Part shown: positions 1-9,469 of the stretch, piece after piece
Numbering within the stretch: the first letter of the stretch is position 1
Layout of the letters: every line of letters begins with the position of its first letter
DNA from: Candidatus Krumholzibacteriia bacterium
GTDB taxonomy: Bacteria; Krumholzibacteriota; Krumholzibacteriia; LZORAL124-64-63
Assembly (NCBI GenBank): GCA_050174015.1
Contig: JBFXKG010000003.1
Location: forward strand, 32,001 to 96,000
DNA length: 64,000 nucleotides
Direction: 5' to 3'
Translations under genes and position numbers: made by a program
Notes under the pieces: model-generated
Told to the model about the DNA's origin: nothing
Databases searched by the model: none
The model's input: the letters and a program-made list of their open reading frames with translations, nothing else

Positions 1-55
1 ACGTCGTGCGGGCCTGGGGAGACCGATAAGAACATCCAGGGGAGGGGGTGGCGAG

Positions 56-2065
56 ATGAGGGATGCCCGCCCGGATGATGAGCAGGCCCTGGTGGACGAG
101 TTGAGGGCCGGCGGGAAGCTCTATCGGGCGATCTTCGACGCGAGCCCCGCGGGGATCACGATCGTCACCCTGGACGGCCTGCGGTTCCTGGAGGTCAACC
201 CCGCCTTCTGCCGGATGGTCGGCTATGCGCGGGAGGAGCTGCTGGCGAAGACCATCCCCGAGATCACCCACCCGGGGGACGCGGAACTCGACTCCCAGGT
301 GGTGGCGCGGAGGAACGAGGGAGACTGCAGCCCCCTCGACTACGAGAAGAGACTGGTCCACCGGGACGGACATCCGGTCTGGGTGCGGCTGTACAGCATC
401 CCGCTGGAATTCGCGGCCGGCCGCCCGACCATCATCCTGGGCGTGGTCCTGGACGTCACCCGGGAGAAGCGCTCCGAGCAGGAATCGCGGGAGTCCCGGT
501 TGAGGCTGGATCTGGTGGCCCGCAGCTCCCACATCGGCATGTGGGACTGGTCCATCCAGACCGGGGACCTGAAGGTGGACGAGAACTGGGCCGACATGCT
601 CGGCTATACCCTCGGGGAACTGGAGCCGGTGGGCGTCCGGACCTTCTTCGACGCCCTTCATCCGGACGACCTGAAGGTGTCCAGCAACGCCCTGGACGAC
701 CATTTCCAGGGCAGAACCGAATCCTACGAATGCCAGCTGAGGTTCCGCCACAAAAGCGGATCGTGGATCTGGATCCTGGCCAGGGGCAAGGTCTTCGAAC
801 GCGACGCGGTCGGAAACCCGGTCCGGATGCTGGGCACCCACATGGACATCACCGACCTCAAGCGGGCCGAGCTGCGCAACCAGGAATTCGACCGGCAGTT
901 CCTGCAGACCCAGAAGCTGGAGAGCCTGGGCGTGCTCGCGGGGGGCATCGCCCACGACTTCAACAACATCCTGACGATCATCCAGGGCCACGCCGATCTG
1001 GCGTCGATCCTGATCCCCGGGGATTCACCGGGCCGGAGTTCCCTCCGGCAGATCACGTCCGCCGTGCGCCAGGCCGGGGATCTCTGCTCCCAGATGCTGG
1101 CCTATTCCGGCAAGGGCAACTACCTGATCGAGCCCATCGATCTGAACGCCCTGCTGGGGAACATCCAGCAGCTGCTCAGGACCTCGATCTCCAAGAAGAC
1201 GCAGCTGGAACTCGACCTCCATGGCCCGGTCGGCCGTTTCAGCGGCGATGCGACCCAGATCCGCCAGGTCATCCTGAACCTGGTCCTCAACGCCTCCGAG
1301 GCGATGGAGGAGACGGGCGGGCGCATCGAGGTCGGCGCCGGGACGCGGGAATTCAGCCGGTCCGAGCTGGTCGAGGACTTCCACGCGGAGAACCTCGAAC
1401 CCGGCTCCTTCACCTTCCTGCGCGTGGCCGACGAGGGGCCGGGCATGGACGCGCAAACCAGGGAGCGCGTCTTCGAACCGTTCTTCACGACCAGGTTCAC
1501 CGGGAGGGGGCTGGGCCTTTCCGCGGTGCTGGGCATCGTGCGGTCGCACCGGGGCGCGCTCAGGCTGGAGAGCGAACCGGGCCGGGGCGCGGCGTTCACC
1601 CTGATCTTCCCGGTCCTGATGGAGGATGTGACCGGATCGGAAGACTTGGCGCTGCCGGTGTCCGGTCCGGGGACCCCCCCCATGACCCTGCTCCTGGTGG
1701 AGGACGAACCGATGGTGCTGGACCTGGCGGCGGGCATGCTGGAGAGGCTGGGGATCTCGACCATCCCCGCCGCCGACGGCCGCCGGGCCATCGAGGCCTA
1801 CCGGGAGCACCGCGACCGGATCGACGGCGTGCTCCTGGACCTGACCATGCCCGTGATGGACGGCGAGGAGACCTTCAGGGAATTGCGGCGCCTCGATCCC
1901 CGCCTGCCCATCGTCATCTGCAGCGGCTACGCCGAGAAGGAGGTGGAGCGTCGGTTCTTCGGCAAGAGCCTGACGGGCTTCCTGTCCAAACCCTATTCGC
2001 TCGCGTCCCTGCGCGACGTCCTGCTGCCGGCTGTCCGGAACGCCGGCGAAGGACGGAAAGGATGA
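56..2065 (+). CDS. PAS/PAC hybrid sensor histidine kinase (PAS-PAS-HisKA-HATPase-REC)
   Basis: Two PAS/PAC regions; H-box 'LAGGIAHDFNNIL'; N-box 'NLVLNA'; G-boxes 'DEGPGM' and 'GRGLGL'; C-terminal receiver 'LLVEDE...LLDLTMP...KPY'. Confidence 0.93.
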   Translation: MRDARPDDEQALVDELRAGGKLYRAIFDASPAGITIVTLDGLRFLEVNPAFCRMVGYAREELLAKTIPEITHPGDAELDSQVVARRNEGDCSPLDYEKRLVHRDGHPVWVRLYSIPLEFAAGRPTIILGVVLDVTREKRSEQESRESRLRLDLVARSSHIGMWDWSIQTGDLKVDENWADMLGYTLGELEPVGVRTFFDALHPDDLKVSSNALDDHFQGRTESYECQLRFRHKSGSWIWILARGKVFERDAVGNPVRMLGTHMDITDLKRAELRNQEFDRQFLQTQKLESLGVLAGGIAHDFNNILTIIQGHADLASILIPGDSPGRSSLRQITSAVRQAGDLCSQMLAYSGKGNYLIEPIDLNALLGNIQQLLRTSISKKTQLELDLHGPVGRFSGDATQIRQVILNLVLNASEAMEETGGRIEVGAGTREFSRSELVEDFHAENLEPGSFTFLRVADEGPGMDAQTRERVFEPFFTTRFTGRGLGLSAVLGIVRSHRGALRLESEPGRGAAFTLIFPVLMEDVTGSEDLALPVSGPGTPPMTLLLVEDEPMVLDLAAGMLERLGISTIPAADGRRAIEAYREHRDRIDGVLLDLTMPVMDGEETFRELRRLDPRLPIVICSGYAEKEVERRFFGKSLTGFLSKPYSLASLRDVLLPAVRNAGEGRKG

Positions 2066-2069
2066 GATC

Positions 2070-3149
2070 ATGACCCGTCCGTCCGGCGACCACCTGTTCT
2101 CCCCCTACCGGACGCGGGGAATCACCCTCCGCAACCGCATCGTGGTCGCGCCCATGTGCCAGTATTCGGCGGTGGACGGGGCGGCGGGCGACTGGCACCT
2201 GATGCATCTGGGCAAGCTGGCCGCAGGCGGCGCCGGCGCGGTCATCGCCGAGGCCGCCGCCGTGGTCCCCGAAGGGCGCATCAGCCCGGCCGACCTGGGC
2301 CTGTGGGACGACGCCCACGTCGAACCGTTGTCCCGGGTGTTCCGCTTCGTCGCGGCGCAGGGCGCCGTCCCGGGGATCCAGCTCGCTCACGCCGGTCGCA
2401 AGGCCGGCACGGCCGTTCCCTGGCAGGGAACGGGTCCGCTCGCGCCGGAAGACGGCGGCTGGTCGCCGGTCCGGGCGCCCAGTCCGGTGCCCTTCGCGGT
2501 GGGGTATCCCGTTCCGGCGGCCATGAGCCTGCAGGACATCGAAGCGTTGACGACGGCCTTCCGGCACGCGGCCCTCAGGGTCCTGGCCGCCGGCGCCTGC
2601 ATCGCCGAGATCCATGCCGCCCACGGCTACCTTCTGCACCAGTTCCTGTCGCCCCTGGCCAATCGGCGCACCGACGGCTACGGCGGCGGCTTCGCCGGAC
2701 GCACGCGCCTGGTGCGGGAGGTCGCCGCCGCGGTGCGCGAGGTCTGGCCGGAGGACTTGCCCCTGTGGGTCAGGATCTCGGCCACCGACTGGGTGGACGG
2801 CGGCTGGTCCGGGGACGAGTCCGTGGAACTCGCCCGTCAGCTCGGATCCCTGGGGGTCGATCTCATCGACTGCAGCTCGGGGGGGATGACGCCCGATGCG
2901 GTCATCCCGGCGGCGCCGGGATTCCAGGTCCCGTTCGCCGAGCGCATCCGCCATCAGACGGGGCTGGCCACCGGAGCGGTGGGGCTGATCACCGGTGCCC
3001 GCCAGGCGGACGCGGTGATCGCCGCGGGCAGGGCCGACGTCGTCCTGCTGGGGCGGGAACTGCTGCGCAATCCCCACTGGCCCCTGCACGCCGCGGTGGA
3101 GCTGGGGCGGACGGCTTCCGTGCCGCCCCAGTACCTGCGGGCATTCTAG
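2070..3149 (+). CDS. namA: NADH:flavin oxidoreductase, old yellow enzyme (YqjM/NamA-like)
   Basis: 'NRIVVAPMCQYSA', 'IQLAHAGRKA', 'EIHAAHGYLLHQFLSP..NRRTDGYGG', C-terminal 'PPQYLRA'. Confidence 0.9.
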   Translation: MTRPSGDHLFSPYRTRGITLRNRIVVAPMCQYSAVDGAAGDWHLMHLGKLAAGGAGAVIAEAAAVVPEGRISPADLGLWDDAHVEPLSRVFRFVAAQGAVPGIQLAHAGRKAGTAVPWQGTGPLAPEDGGWSPVRAPSPVPFAVGYPVPAAMSLQDIEALTTAFRHAALRVLAAGACIAEIHAAHGYLLHQFLSPLANRRTDGYGGGFAGRTRLVREVAAAVREVWPEDLPLWVRISATDWVDGGWSGDESVELARQLGSLGVDLIDCSSGGMTPDAVIPAAPGFQVPFAERIRHQTGLATGAVGLITGARQADAVIAAGRADVVLLGRELLRNPHWPLHAAVELGRTASVPPQYLRAF

Positions 3150-3167
3150 CGTGGATCTTCCCGGCGG

Positions 3168-3665
3168 CTAGACGGCTGCCAGGGCCTTGCCGTAGTCCGG
3201 TTCCTCGACGGTCTCGGGCACCAGCTGGGTGTACTTGACCTTGCCCTGGCCGTCGATGACCACCACCGAACGGGCCATCAATCCCGCCAGCGGTCCGTCG
3301 GCGATCCTCACCCCGTAGGCCCGACCGAAGGAGCCGTCCCGGAAGTCCGAGGCGCTGACCACGTTGTCCAGCCCCTCGGTGGTGCAGAAGCGCTTGTGGG
3401 CGAACGGCAGGTCCATGGACACGCACAGGACCACGGCGTCCTCGAGCTCCGAGGCTTCCTTGTTGAAGCGGCGGACGCTGGCGGCGCACACGTCGGTGTC
3501 CAGGCTGGGGAAGATGTTCAGCACGACGGTCTTGCCGGCGAAGTCGGCCAGGGTGACGGCCGAAAGGTCGGTCTTCACGAGGGTGAACGCGGGGGCCTTG
3601 GCGCCGACGGCAGGCAGGTCGCCCACGGTGTTGAAGGGGTTGCCCTTGAGAGTGAACTTGGCCAT
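3168..3665 (-). CDS. tpx: Thiol peroxidase (atypical 2-Cys peroxiredoxin)
   Basis: '[12 protein letters not shown]', '[12 protein letters not shown]', 'EPDY'. Start moved to the ATG at 3665, which follows an AAGGAG RBS. Confidence 0.93.
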   Translation of the reverse strand: MAKFTLKGNPFNTVGDLPAVGAKAPAFTLVKTDLSAVTLADFAGKTVVLNIFPSLDTDVCAASVRRFNKEASELEDAVVLCVSMDLPFAHKRFCTTEGLDNVVSASDFRDGSFGRAYGVRIADGPLAGLMARSVVVIDGQGKVKYTQLVPETVEEPDYGKALAAV

Positions 3666-3791
3666 CGTCGTTCTCCTTGATGGGGTGGATGCATGGTGGA
3701 TGCATGACTGCACCCGCACAATGTCGCATCACCGCTTTTTGCCGCAACATGCTATATTGAACCAGGTAACGATCGGCTGCGGCATCGACAT

Positions 3792-4358
3792 ATGCCGGGC
3801 CGCCTTCCCGGCTTCCATCCCGCGAGGTATCCCCGCGTGCCCAAGCCCTTGCCACCCCGGACGCCGGGCGGTCCCCGGTTCAGCATCTCCAGCTGCAACT
3901 GTCCGGACTGCCGCGCCGCCTGCCTGAATTCGCCCGGCTGGTTCATGCCGCGGGAAATCGACAAGCTGGCGAAACATCTCGACCTGGACGTTCCCACGCT
4001 GTTCCGCAAGTACCTGGCCGTGGGGGTGACCCACATGCCCGACGGCGCCCTGCGTCACGGGGTGATGCCCCACAAGCTGCGCGACGGCAAGAAGCCGGGG
4101 ACCCTCTGGACCTTGAACGAGCTCGCCCAGCCCGGCCGCTGCATCTTCTTCGACCGCGGCCGCTGCACCATCTACGAGGCCCGTCCCTACGAATGCGCCC
4201 GTATGATCCACGACCGGCAGAAGGAATCGGTCAAGCTCCGCCACCACATCGTGGCGGCCTGGACCCAGGCTGCGCTTCGGCCCTTCGCCGAACTCACGGG
4301 GAAGAAGCTGTCCGGAGGGGTTCCCGGGGGAAGGAACCGGAGGATTCGGCCCGCTTGA
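3792..4358 (+). CDS. YkgJ-family Cys-cluster (Zn/Fe-chelating) protein
   Basis: 'CNCPDCRAAC...CIFFDRGRCTIYEARPYEC' motif; exact start uncertain. Confidence 0.75.
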   Translation: MPGRLPGFHPARYPRVPKPLPPRTPGGPRFSISSCNCPDCRAACLNSPGWFMPREIDKLAKHLDLDVPTLFRKYLAVGVTHMPDGALRHGVMPHKLRDGKKPGTLWTLNELAQPGRCIFFDRGRCTIYEARPYECARMIHDRQKESVKLRHHIVAAWTQAALRPFAELTGKKLSGGVPGGRNRRIRPA

Positions 4359-4825
4359 CGATCTGCTTGGGCATCCCGGCGAACACGCGCTGGGAGAGCG
4401 ACCGCGCCGGGAACACCCTGACCTCCATGGGGGTGATCTCCTCGGCCCGGGAACCGGCCAAGTTCGGTTACCTGTTCCTGCGCCAGGGCGAGTGGGACGG
4501 CCGGCAGTTGATCTCGGCCGGCTAGGTGGGCGACGCCAGCAGCAGCTGGGACGACAACGCCTTCCTGGGCCGGGTCTGCGCCGCGGTGACGGGCAAGCAT
4601 GGCGAGCCGGCGAAGCCGATGGCGGGCGCCGCGGCAAGGGTTGCCCTGGAAGTCGGAGCGACCCCCGAGTCCCCCGTCCTGCTGGGCAACCATCCCAACC
4701 CCTTCAATCCCCGGACGGAGATCGGTTTCGCGCTTCGGGCTCCGGGCCTCGGCCGCGGGGGTCTACTTTCCAGGCTGGAGACGGGCTCCTGGGCGGCCAC
4801 GGGCAAGATGGTCCTGGTCGAATAG
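4355..4825 (+). pseudogene. Decayed remnant of a serine hydrolase (beta-lactamase-like) gene with a C-terminal FlgD-Ig domain
   Basis: 'AKFGYLFLRQGEWDGRQLISAG*V' has TAG (4523-4525) where this family usually has Trp. It is followed by a deleted/frameshifted 'NHPNPFNPRTEIGF...GVYF..RLETG..ATGKMVLV' tail. No N-terminus. Confidence 0.65.
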
Positions 4826-4834
4826 GGTCCGGGC

Positions 4835-4910
4835 TGATCCCCCGGGGGGCCTACTTCCTCAAAAACGGGCTCCAATCACCAGATTGGAGCCCCTTTTCGT
4901 CGGGGGATCA
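4835..4910. repeat. Stem-loop element (partial copy of the 7611/9470 repeat) bounded by a 10-bp inverted repeat
   Basis: TGATCCCCCG...CGGGGGATCA terminal IR; inner hairpin GGGCTCCAATC-acca-GATTGGAGCCC; shares 'CCCCCGGGGG.CC.ACTTCCTC.AAA.CGGGCTCCAATCA' with the other two copies. Confidence 0.75.
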
Positions 4911-6191
4911 TTTCACGATCATGATCCGGGTCTCCGGATTCGCGGCCCTCCAGGTCTTCCACACGCCCCTGACCGAGTCGACGTCGGGGACGGTGAGGTC
5001 CTGCAGTTCGCCCGCGATGCACAGCAGGAACCGGCTCAAACCGCCGTCGAAGTTCAGGCCGGGAAACCAGAGGCTGCCGGTTTCCAGATCCTGCAGGATG
5101 AAGATGTTGTGCCAGGTCCAGCCGCTGGCGGCGAAGGTCAAAATCCGACCGTCCGGAGATCCGTCCTGCAACGTGCGGCTGTACACGACAGCCGAATCGC
5201 AGAGGGGTCAGTAGGTGGCGGCCAGGGGGACCCCCCCGACCCAGTCGTCGACGACCTCCCGGTTGGGGATGTCGACGATCCGGTAGGCCCGGGCGTCGCC
5301 GTCGACGTCCACACCGATGACCTCGGCGGTGTTCTGGTCGTCGGGGTAACCCGCTTCACCGCGTCCGACCATCCGGGGATCGATGACCGGTCGGATGGTG
5401 TTCCGCCCCAGACCGTGGGCCCAGAAGGCCTGGTGGATGTTGTGGCGGAGGACCGCGTTGGTGATGTCGAAATCCTCTCCCGTCAGATCGGTGATGATGA
5501 TGGGTTCGGGAACCAGCGTGACGGCCTGGGGGGCCTGCGGCATGGCGCTGCGGTTGCCCGCCGAGTCCACGGCCACCGCCAGGAATCCGTGATCGCCGCC
5601 GGACGCCGCCAGGAAGACCACGCGCCCGGGGGAGAAGGTCCCGAAAAGTTCCGGTTCGATCGCGCCTGGGGGAATGATCCAGAGTTCGGCCGTGGCGATC
5701 CCGCTGGTGGAGTCCGACGCGGTCAGTTCCACATCGAAGCGCAGGCTGGTCTGTCCGGGTCCCGGGTCACCGACCCCGGCGACCGGCGGTTCGGCGTCCT
5801 GGACCGAGGACACCGCTTCGGACCAAGGGGACTCCCCGCCTTCGGGATCGCGGACCTTCACCCGGAAATGGTACCGCTCGCCGTGCTCCAGGCCGGTGAA
5901 TTCATGGGAATCGGCCGTGATCCAGCCAGATTCCGCGACCGGGTCGGCGAATGCGGCGTCGGCCCCCGCCTGGACCAGGGATTCCCCCCCGGAGAACTCC
6001 TCCGGCACTTCCCATTGGACGGTGTTGCTCGTCCCCGGGCTGAAGGCGGGCTCCCCCTGGAGAACGGGCGCCGTCCGGATGGTGGATGGTCCGGGGGCGG
6101 AATCGGGCTCGGTGACGTCCTCCCCGCAGCCGGAGATCACCCAGGACCCCACGGCGGCTGCGAGCAAGAGGAGAAGGGGGACGGTTCTCAT
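4908..6191 (-). CDS. DUF3179-domain lipoprotein, probable selenoprotein (UxxC)
   Basis: ORFs 5208..6191 and 4908..5186 are in one frame, joined by TGA at 5208-5210 reading 'AATY-U-PLCDSAVVY', matching the DUF3179 'TYCPLC' motif. Hairpin just downstream of the TGA; lipobox 'VISGC'; FN3-like N-terminal part. Confidence 0.8.
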
Positions 6192-6351
6192 GGCGCATGG
6201 CCTCCCGGATTCGAATGTGTGGGGTTATGGACCAGCATAGGAAGTTCCGCGGAGCGGGCAACCCCACCGGGGGAGGAGGATGGCGGGCGGGACGGCAGGG
6301 GCCCCGGAACTCTTCAGGGCTCGTCCGGGTTCAAGCAGGATTGCTGGTGCT

Positions 6352-6990
6352 TCACCTGAAAAGCGACTTCAATCCACCCCAGCTTCTGCTCTCCTTCGCC
6401 AGCGGCTCGTCGCAGCAGGTGGCGATGGCCCGCACCACGCTGTTGCCCTGCCAGCCGTGTTCGGTGACCAGATCCCGCCAGCCCGAACCCTGATCCAGGT
6501 AGCTGACGCCTGGATCGGGCGTGTCGTCACGCACGGCGTCGGGCGCCGGGGAAAAGTTCCCGGCCAGCTGGAAGGTGACGAAGTAGGCATCCCCGACGGT
6601 GGCGCAGGGGCAGGCCCCATCCAGATCGACGAAGATCTCGTAGAGACCGATGGCGGGAATGGTATGGGTTGCGACCGCCGAGGCGCAGTAGGGTGCGCCG
6701 GGCCGGAATGCTCCCGCCTCGGCGTCCCAGATCGCTTCGCGGAGTTCCACCAGGGAATCGAAGGAGTCCTGGAGATGCTCCTCCCCGAACTGCATCATCA
6801 GGGAGATCCGCTCGATACGAACCCCCACGGGACAGACGCAGCCCTCGTCCCTGGGGAGTACGAGATAGGCGTAGGCCTGGCCTCCGGTGATCCAGTTGCC
6901 CACGAATGCGGACGGATGGACGAGGTTGCCGAGAGGGCAGGTGCTCGGCGCCAGGACCGAGGCCAGCAGGACGGCGGCGGCGAGGTTCAT
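6352..6990 (-). CDS. Secreted Cys-rich hypothetical protein with C-terminal 'SWGGLKSLFR' motif
   Basis: Hydrophobic N-terminus, GGGGG(A) RBS, terminal motif shared with three other ORFs. Confidence 0.75.
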   Translation of the reverse strand: MNLAAAVLLASVLAPSTCPLGNLVHPSAFVGNWITGGQAYAYLVLPRDEGCVCPVGVRIERISLMMQFGEEHLQDSFDSLVELREAIWDAEAGAFRPGAPYCASAVATHTIPAIGLYEIFVDLDGACPCATVGDAYFVTFQLAGNFSPAPDAVRDDTPDPGVSYLDQGSGWRDLVTEHGWQGNSVVRAIATCCDEPLAKESRSWGGLKSLFR

Positions 6991-7159
6991 GGTTTCCCCC
7001 CGATGGGTGCGGGCATTCTGATCAAATACAGGACAAATTTCGTTTGTATTAATATAGCATAGTTGGCGATGGTTGTTCCTGAATCCTCGAGCCCTGCCGT
7101 GTCAGGAGAAGAAACCCGGGGGTCGGATCCACCCCAATGAAACGGATGGAGGAGGGAAG

Positions 7160-7594
7160 GTGAGGACAAGGCGCTTGGCTGGGGGTTGTTATGCAGAACG
7201 GCAGAAGGCCGCTTGCGGCGTTTTGGGAGTGCTGAGCTTTTTCATCGTTATGACGATCACGATAGCCTTGCCGGCGGTCGAAGCTCCACCCATCGTCTGC
7301 CCGGCCAAGAGCGGCGCCAACTGGCTGCGCCACTACACCACCGCGTGCGATTCCCTGCGGGCCGACGCCCGCGAATGCCGCCTCTGCCACACGACCATCG
7401 AGCAGCTGAACCCCTACGGTCTTGACCTGGTCGAGGTGGGCAACCTCCCCTGGCTCATCGAGGACCTGGATTCCGATGGCGACGGCCGCACCAACGGTCT
7501 GGAAATCTCCGAGTGCACCCGGCCGGGGGTCTTCGATCCGGTCCTGAGCGGTCGACCCGAGGGATGGGGGGATCTCAAGGCCCACTGGAGGTGA
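7160..7594 (+). CDS. Small exported protein with a CxxCH heme-c motif, a DSDGDG Ca-binding-like loop and a 'WGDLKAHWR' tail
   Basis: 'ECRLCH', 'LNPYGLD', 'DLDSDGDGRTNGLEI'; GTG start after GGAGG assumed. Confidence 0.65.
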   Translation: MRTRRLAGGCYAERQKAACGVLGVLSFFIVMTITIALPAVEAPPIVCPAKSGANWLRHYTTACDSLRADARECRLCHTTIEQLNPYGLDLVEVGNLPWLIEDLDSDGDGRTNGLEISECTRPGVFDPVLSGRPEGWGDLKAHWR

Positions 7595-7610
7595 CCTCCA
7601 CCCGGGGGGG

Positions 7611-7765
7611 CCCCCCGGGGGACCTACTTCCTCGAAATCGGGCTCCAATCATCACTTTGGAGTCGGTTTTGTCCTTGGGGACCATGGCGCCGCCTTGTGT
7701 CCCCCGTCATTCCGTGCTAGGCTTCAAATGGAATCCCGGTCCCCGGTCCGGCCAACCCTGACCCG
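7611..7765 (+). repeat. ~150-bp direct repeat, copy A (contains a sigma70-like promoter)
   Basis: Aligns by eye along its length with 9470-9617; contains TTGTGT-N17-TAGGCT with TG upstream of the -10. Confidence 0.85.
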
Positions 7766-7942
7766 GGCGCGACACCTTCCTCCACCACGCCGACCAGGTT
7801 CACGGTCTTGTGCAAATCGACCCCAACGGGGAACGGAATCATTGTGCGGGACCAAAAGACAGTACTTGGGAGCGCATTGTTAGCAGAATTGGTTTGTAAC
7901 GGAGCATATTCCCCAAACCCCCTTAATTTGTCCAGAAATCGG

Positions 7943-7977
7943 TTGACTTTGATATAAAAAAGGTATAAATTTTATAC
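7943..7977 (+). promoter_or_regulatory. Toxin-antitoxin promoter with palindromic operator
   Basis: TTGACT -35, AT-rich -10 region, palindrome GTATAAA-T-TTTATAC at 7963-7977. Confidence 0.6.
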
Positions 7978-7997
7978 AAAGACCTGCTGGAGGCAAA

Positions 7998-8261
7998 ATG
8001 GAATTTGAATTCGATCCGGCAAAGAGTGAAGCAAACCGCGAAAAGCACGGCATTGATTTTGTCGAGGCTCAGTTGCTATGGCTTGATTCAATGCTCTTGG
8101 AAATTCCGGCTCGAACCTCCGACGAACCCCGCTTTTTTGTGATCGGGAAGATTGGAAACAGGGTCTGGTCTGCCGTAATTACGTATCGAGAAGATCGCAT
8201 CCGAATCATTTCGGTCAGGCGTTCGCGAAAAGAGGAGGTTGAGATCTATGAAGGCGAATGA
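7998..8261 (+). CDS. brnT: BrnT-family ribonuclease toxin
   Basis: 'MEFEFDPAKSEANREKHGIDF...RIRIISVRRSRKEE'. Confidence 0.92.
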   Translation: MEFEFDPAKSEANREKHGIDFVEAQLLWLDSMLLEIPARTSDEPRFFVIGKIGNRVWSAVITYREDRIRIISVRRSRKEEVEIYEGE

Positions 8262-8475
8262 ATTCGAGGAAAAATTCGAAAGTGGTGAAGACATCACTTC
8301 CGATTTGGATATTTCCAAGGGTCGCCGATTGAATCAGGAGTCAAGGCGCATCAACGTCGATTTTCCGGCCTGGATGATCGAATCCCTTGACCGAGAAGCG
8401 AAGCGATTGGGGGTTACTCGCCAGTCGATCATCAAGGTTTGGATTGCTGAAATGCTAGAAAAAAGGGCTTCCTGA
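8248..8475 (+). CDS. brnA: BrnA-type (CopG/RHH) antitoxin
   Basis: 'MKANEFEEKFESGEDI...RINVDFPAWMIESLDREAKRLGVTRQSIIKVWIAE'; overlaps the end of brnT. Confidence 0.88.
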   Translation: MKANEFEEKFESGEDITSDLDISKGRRLNQESRRINVDFPAWMIESLDREAKRLGVTRQSIIKVWIAEMLEKRAS

Positions 8476-8477
8476 TC

Positions 8478-8534
8478 TGCTAACAGGGGCTTGCACCGGC
8501 CGCCCGCGGCCGCTGGTGAAGCCAAACGTTGCCT
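8478..8534 (+). other. attC recombination site (57 bp)
   Basis: R'' TGCTAAC; L'' GGCTTGCACC pairs with L' GGTGAAGCC leaving an extra-helical G; central GCGGCCGC-rich stem; R' GTTGCCT. Confidence 0.8.
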
Positions 8535-8568
8535 GGTTCATCCCACCGAGTGTCGAAAGGAGGCCAGC

Positions 8569-9072
8569 ATGAATCCGACCGATGCTCAGGAAACATTGAT
8601 CGTCCGGTACTTGGAAGGGCCGGCACTTCTCGCGAGTACGGTCTCCGGCGTTCACGATGAAGATCTCGACGCCGCTCCGTCGAAGGGAGGCTGGACCATC
8701 CGGCAGATCGTACACCATGTCGTGGACGGCGATGATCTCTGGAAAGTCGGCATCAAAGCGGCTCTGGGAAACACACCGGGGGAATTCACGCTGGGGTGGT
8801 ATTGGTGCCAACCGCAAGAGGTTTGGGCCGAACGTTGGTCGTATGGATCGCGATCCGTGGACGTTTCCCTGGAACTGCTCAAGGCGATCAGAGCCCAGGT
8901 GTCGCAGCTACTGAGAACCATACCGGATGGGTGGAACAGATCTGTCGCTGTCCGCAAGGGAGACGGCGAGATCGTACGACTCTCCGTCGAGGCCGTGGTC
9001 ACGATGCAAACCGAACACCTTGAACACCATGTGAACCGCATCAAGGCTATCCTGCAGGAACGTGCTCGATAG
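8569..9072 (+). CDS. DinB/YfiT-family protein
   Basis: 'GGWTIRQIVHHVVD...HLEHHVNRI' His motifs; AAGGAGG RBS. Confidence 0.85.
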   Translation: MNPTDAQETLIVRYLEGPALLASTVSGVHDEDLDAAPSKGGWTIRQIVHHVVDGDDLWKVGIKAALGNTPGEFTLGWYWCQPQEVWAERWSYGSRSVDVSLELLKAIRAQVSQLLRTIPDGWNRSVAVRKGDGEIVRLSVEAVVTMQTEHLEHHVNRIKAILQERAR

Positions 9073-9469
9073 GTTCTTGTGCGAAAAATAGAGAATTCGA
9101 GGGACAGTTGATCATGCGGGTGAATCGCCCTGCTCAGCCACAGCCAGCGTCAAGGATCAGGCTGAGGCGATGCGGGTGTGGGCGCGCAGGTGAAAAGCAA
9201 CACGCTCACGGCCCCCGCAAGGCACCAGAGACCATGTATCATTGGGTTCCTCCTAACCTTCGAAGGGCATCCCGGGCTCCCCGATCGACAGCAGATCCGG
9301 AACGTGCTTGCGCACGAGCGTGTTCCAGCCGAGCCCGGCCCTCCGGGCCATTGAATGCGCCGGTGAAGCCAATCGTTCCGTGAAACCCGGCCAGCTTCCT
9401 GTCGATTGTTTGGGATCGTTCCCGGCTCAATCGCACCATCAGGGCCAAAGGCTGACCATCTTCATTCCG

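Larger units (their letters stand above)
7879..8534 (+). mobile_element. Integron-type gene cassette (BrnT/BrnA) with attC
   Basis: Starts GTTAGCAGA (7879-7887), the exact reverse complement of TCTGCTAAC (8476-8484) just after brnA; lower GC than the flanks. Confidence 0.82.

Noticed and set aside
4523..4525. In-frame TAG as pyrrolysine
   Set aside because: It lies at a probable Trp position in an otherwise truncated, frameshifted remnant; a nonsense mutation is simpler.
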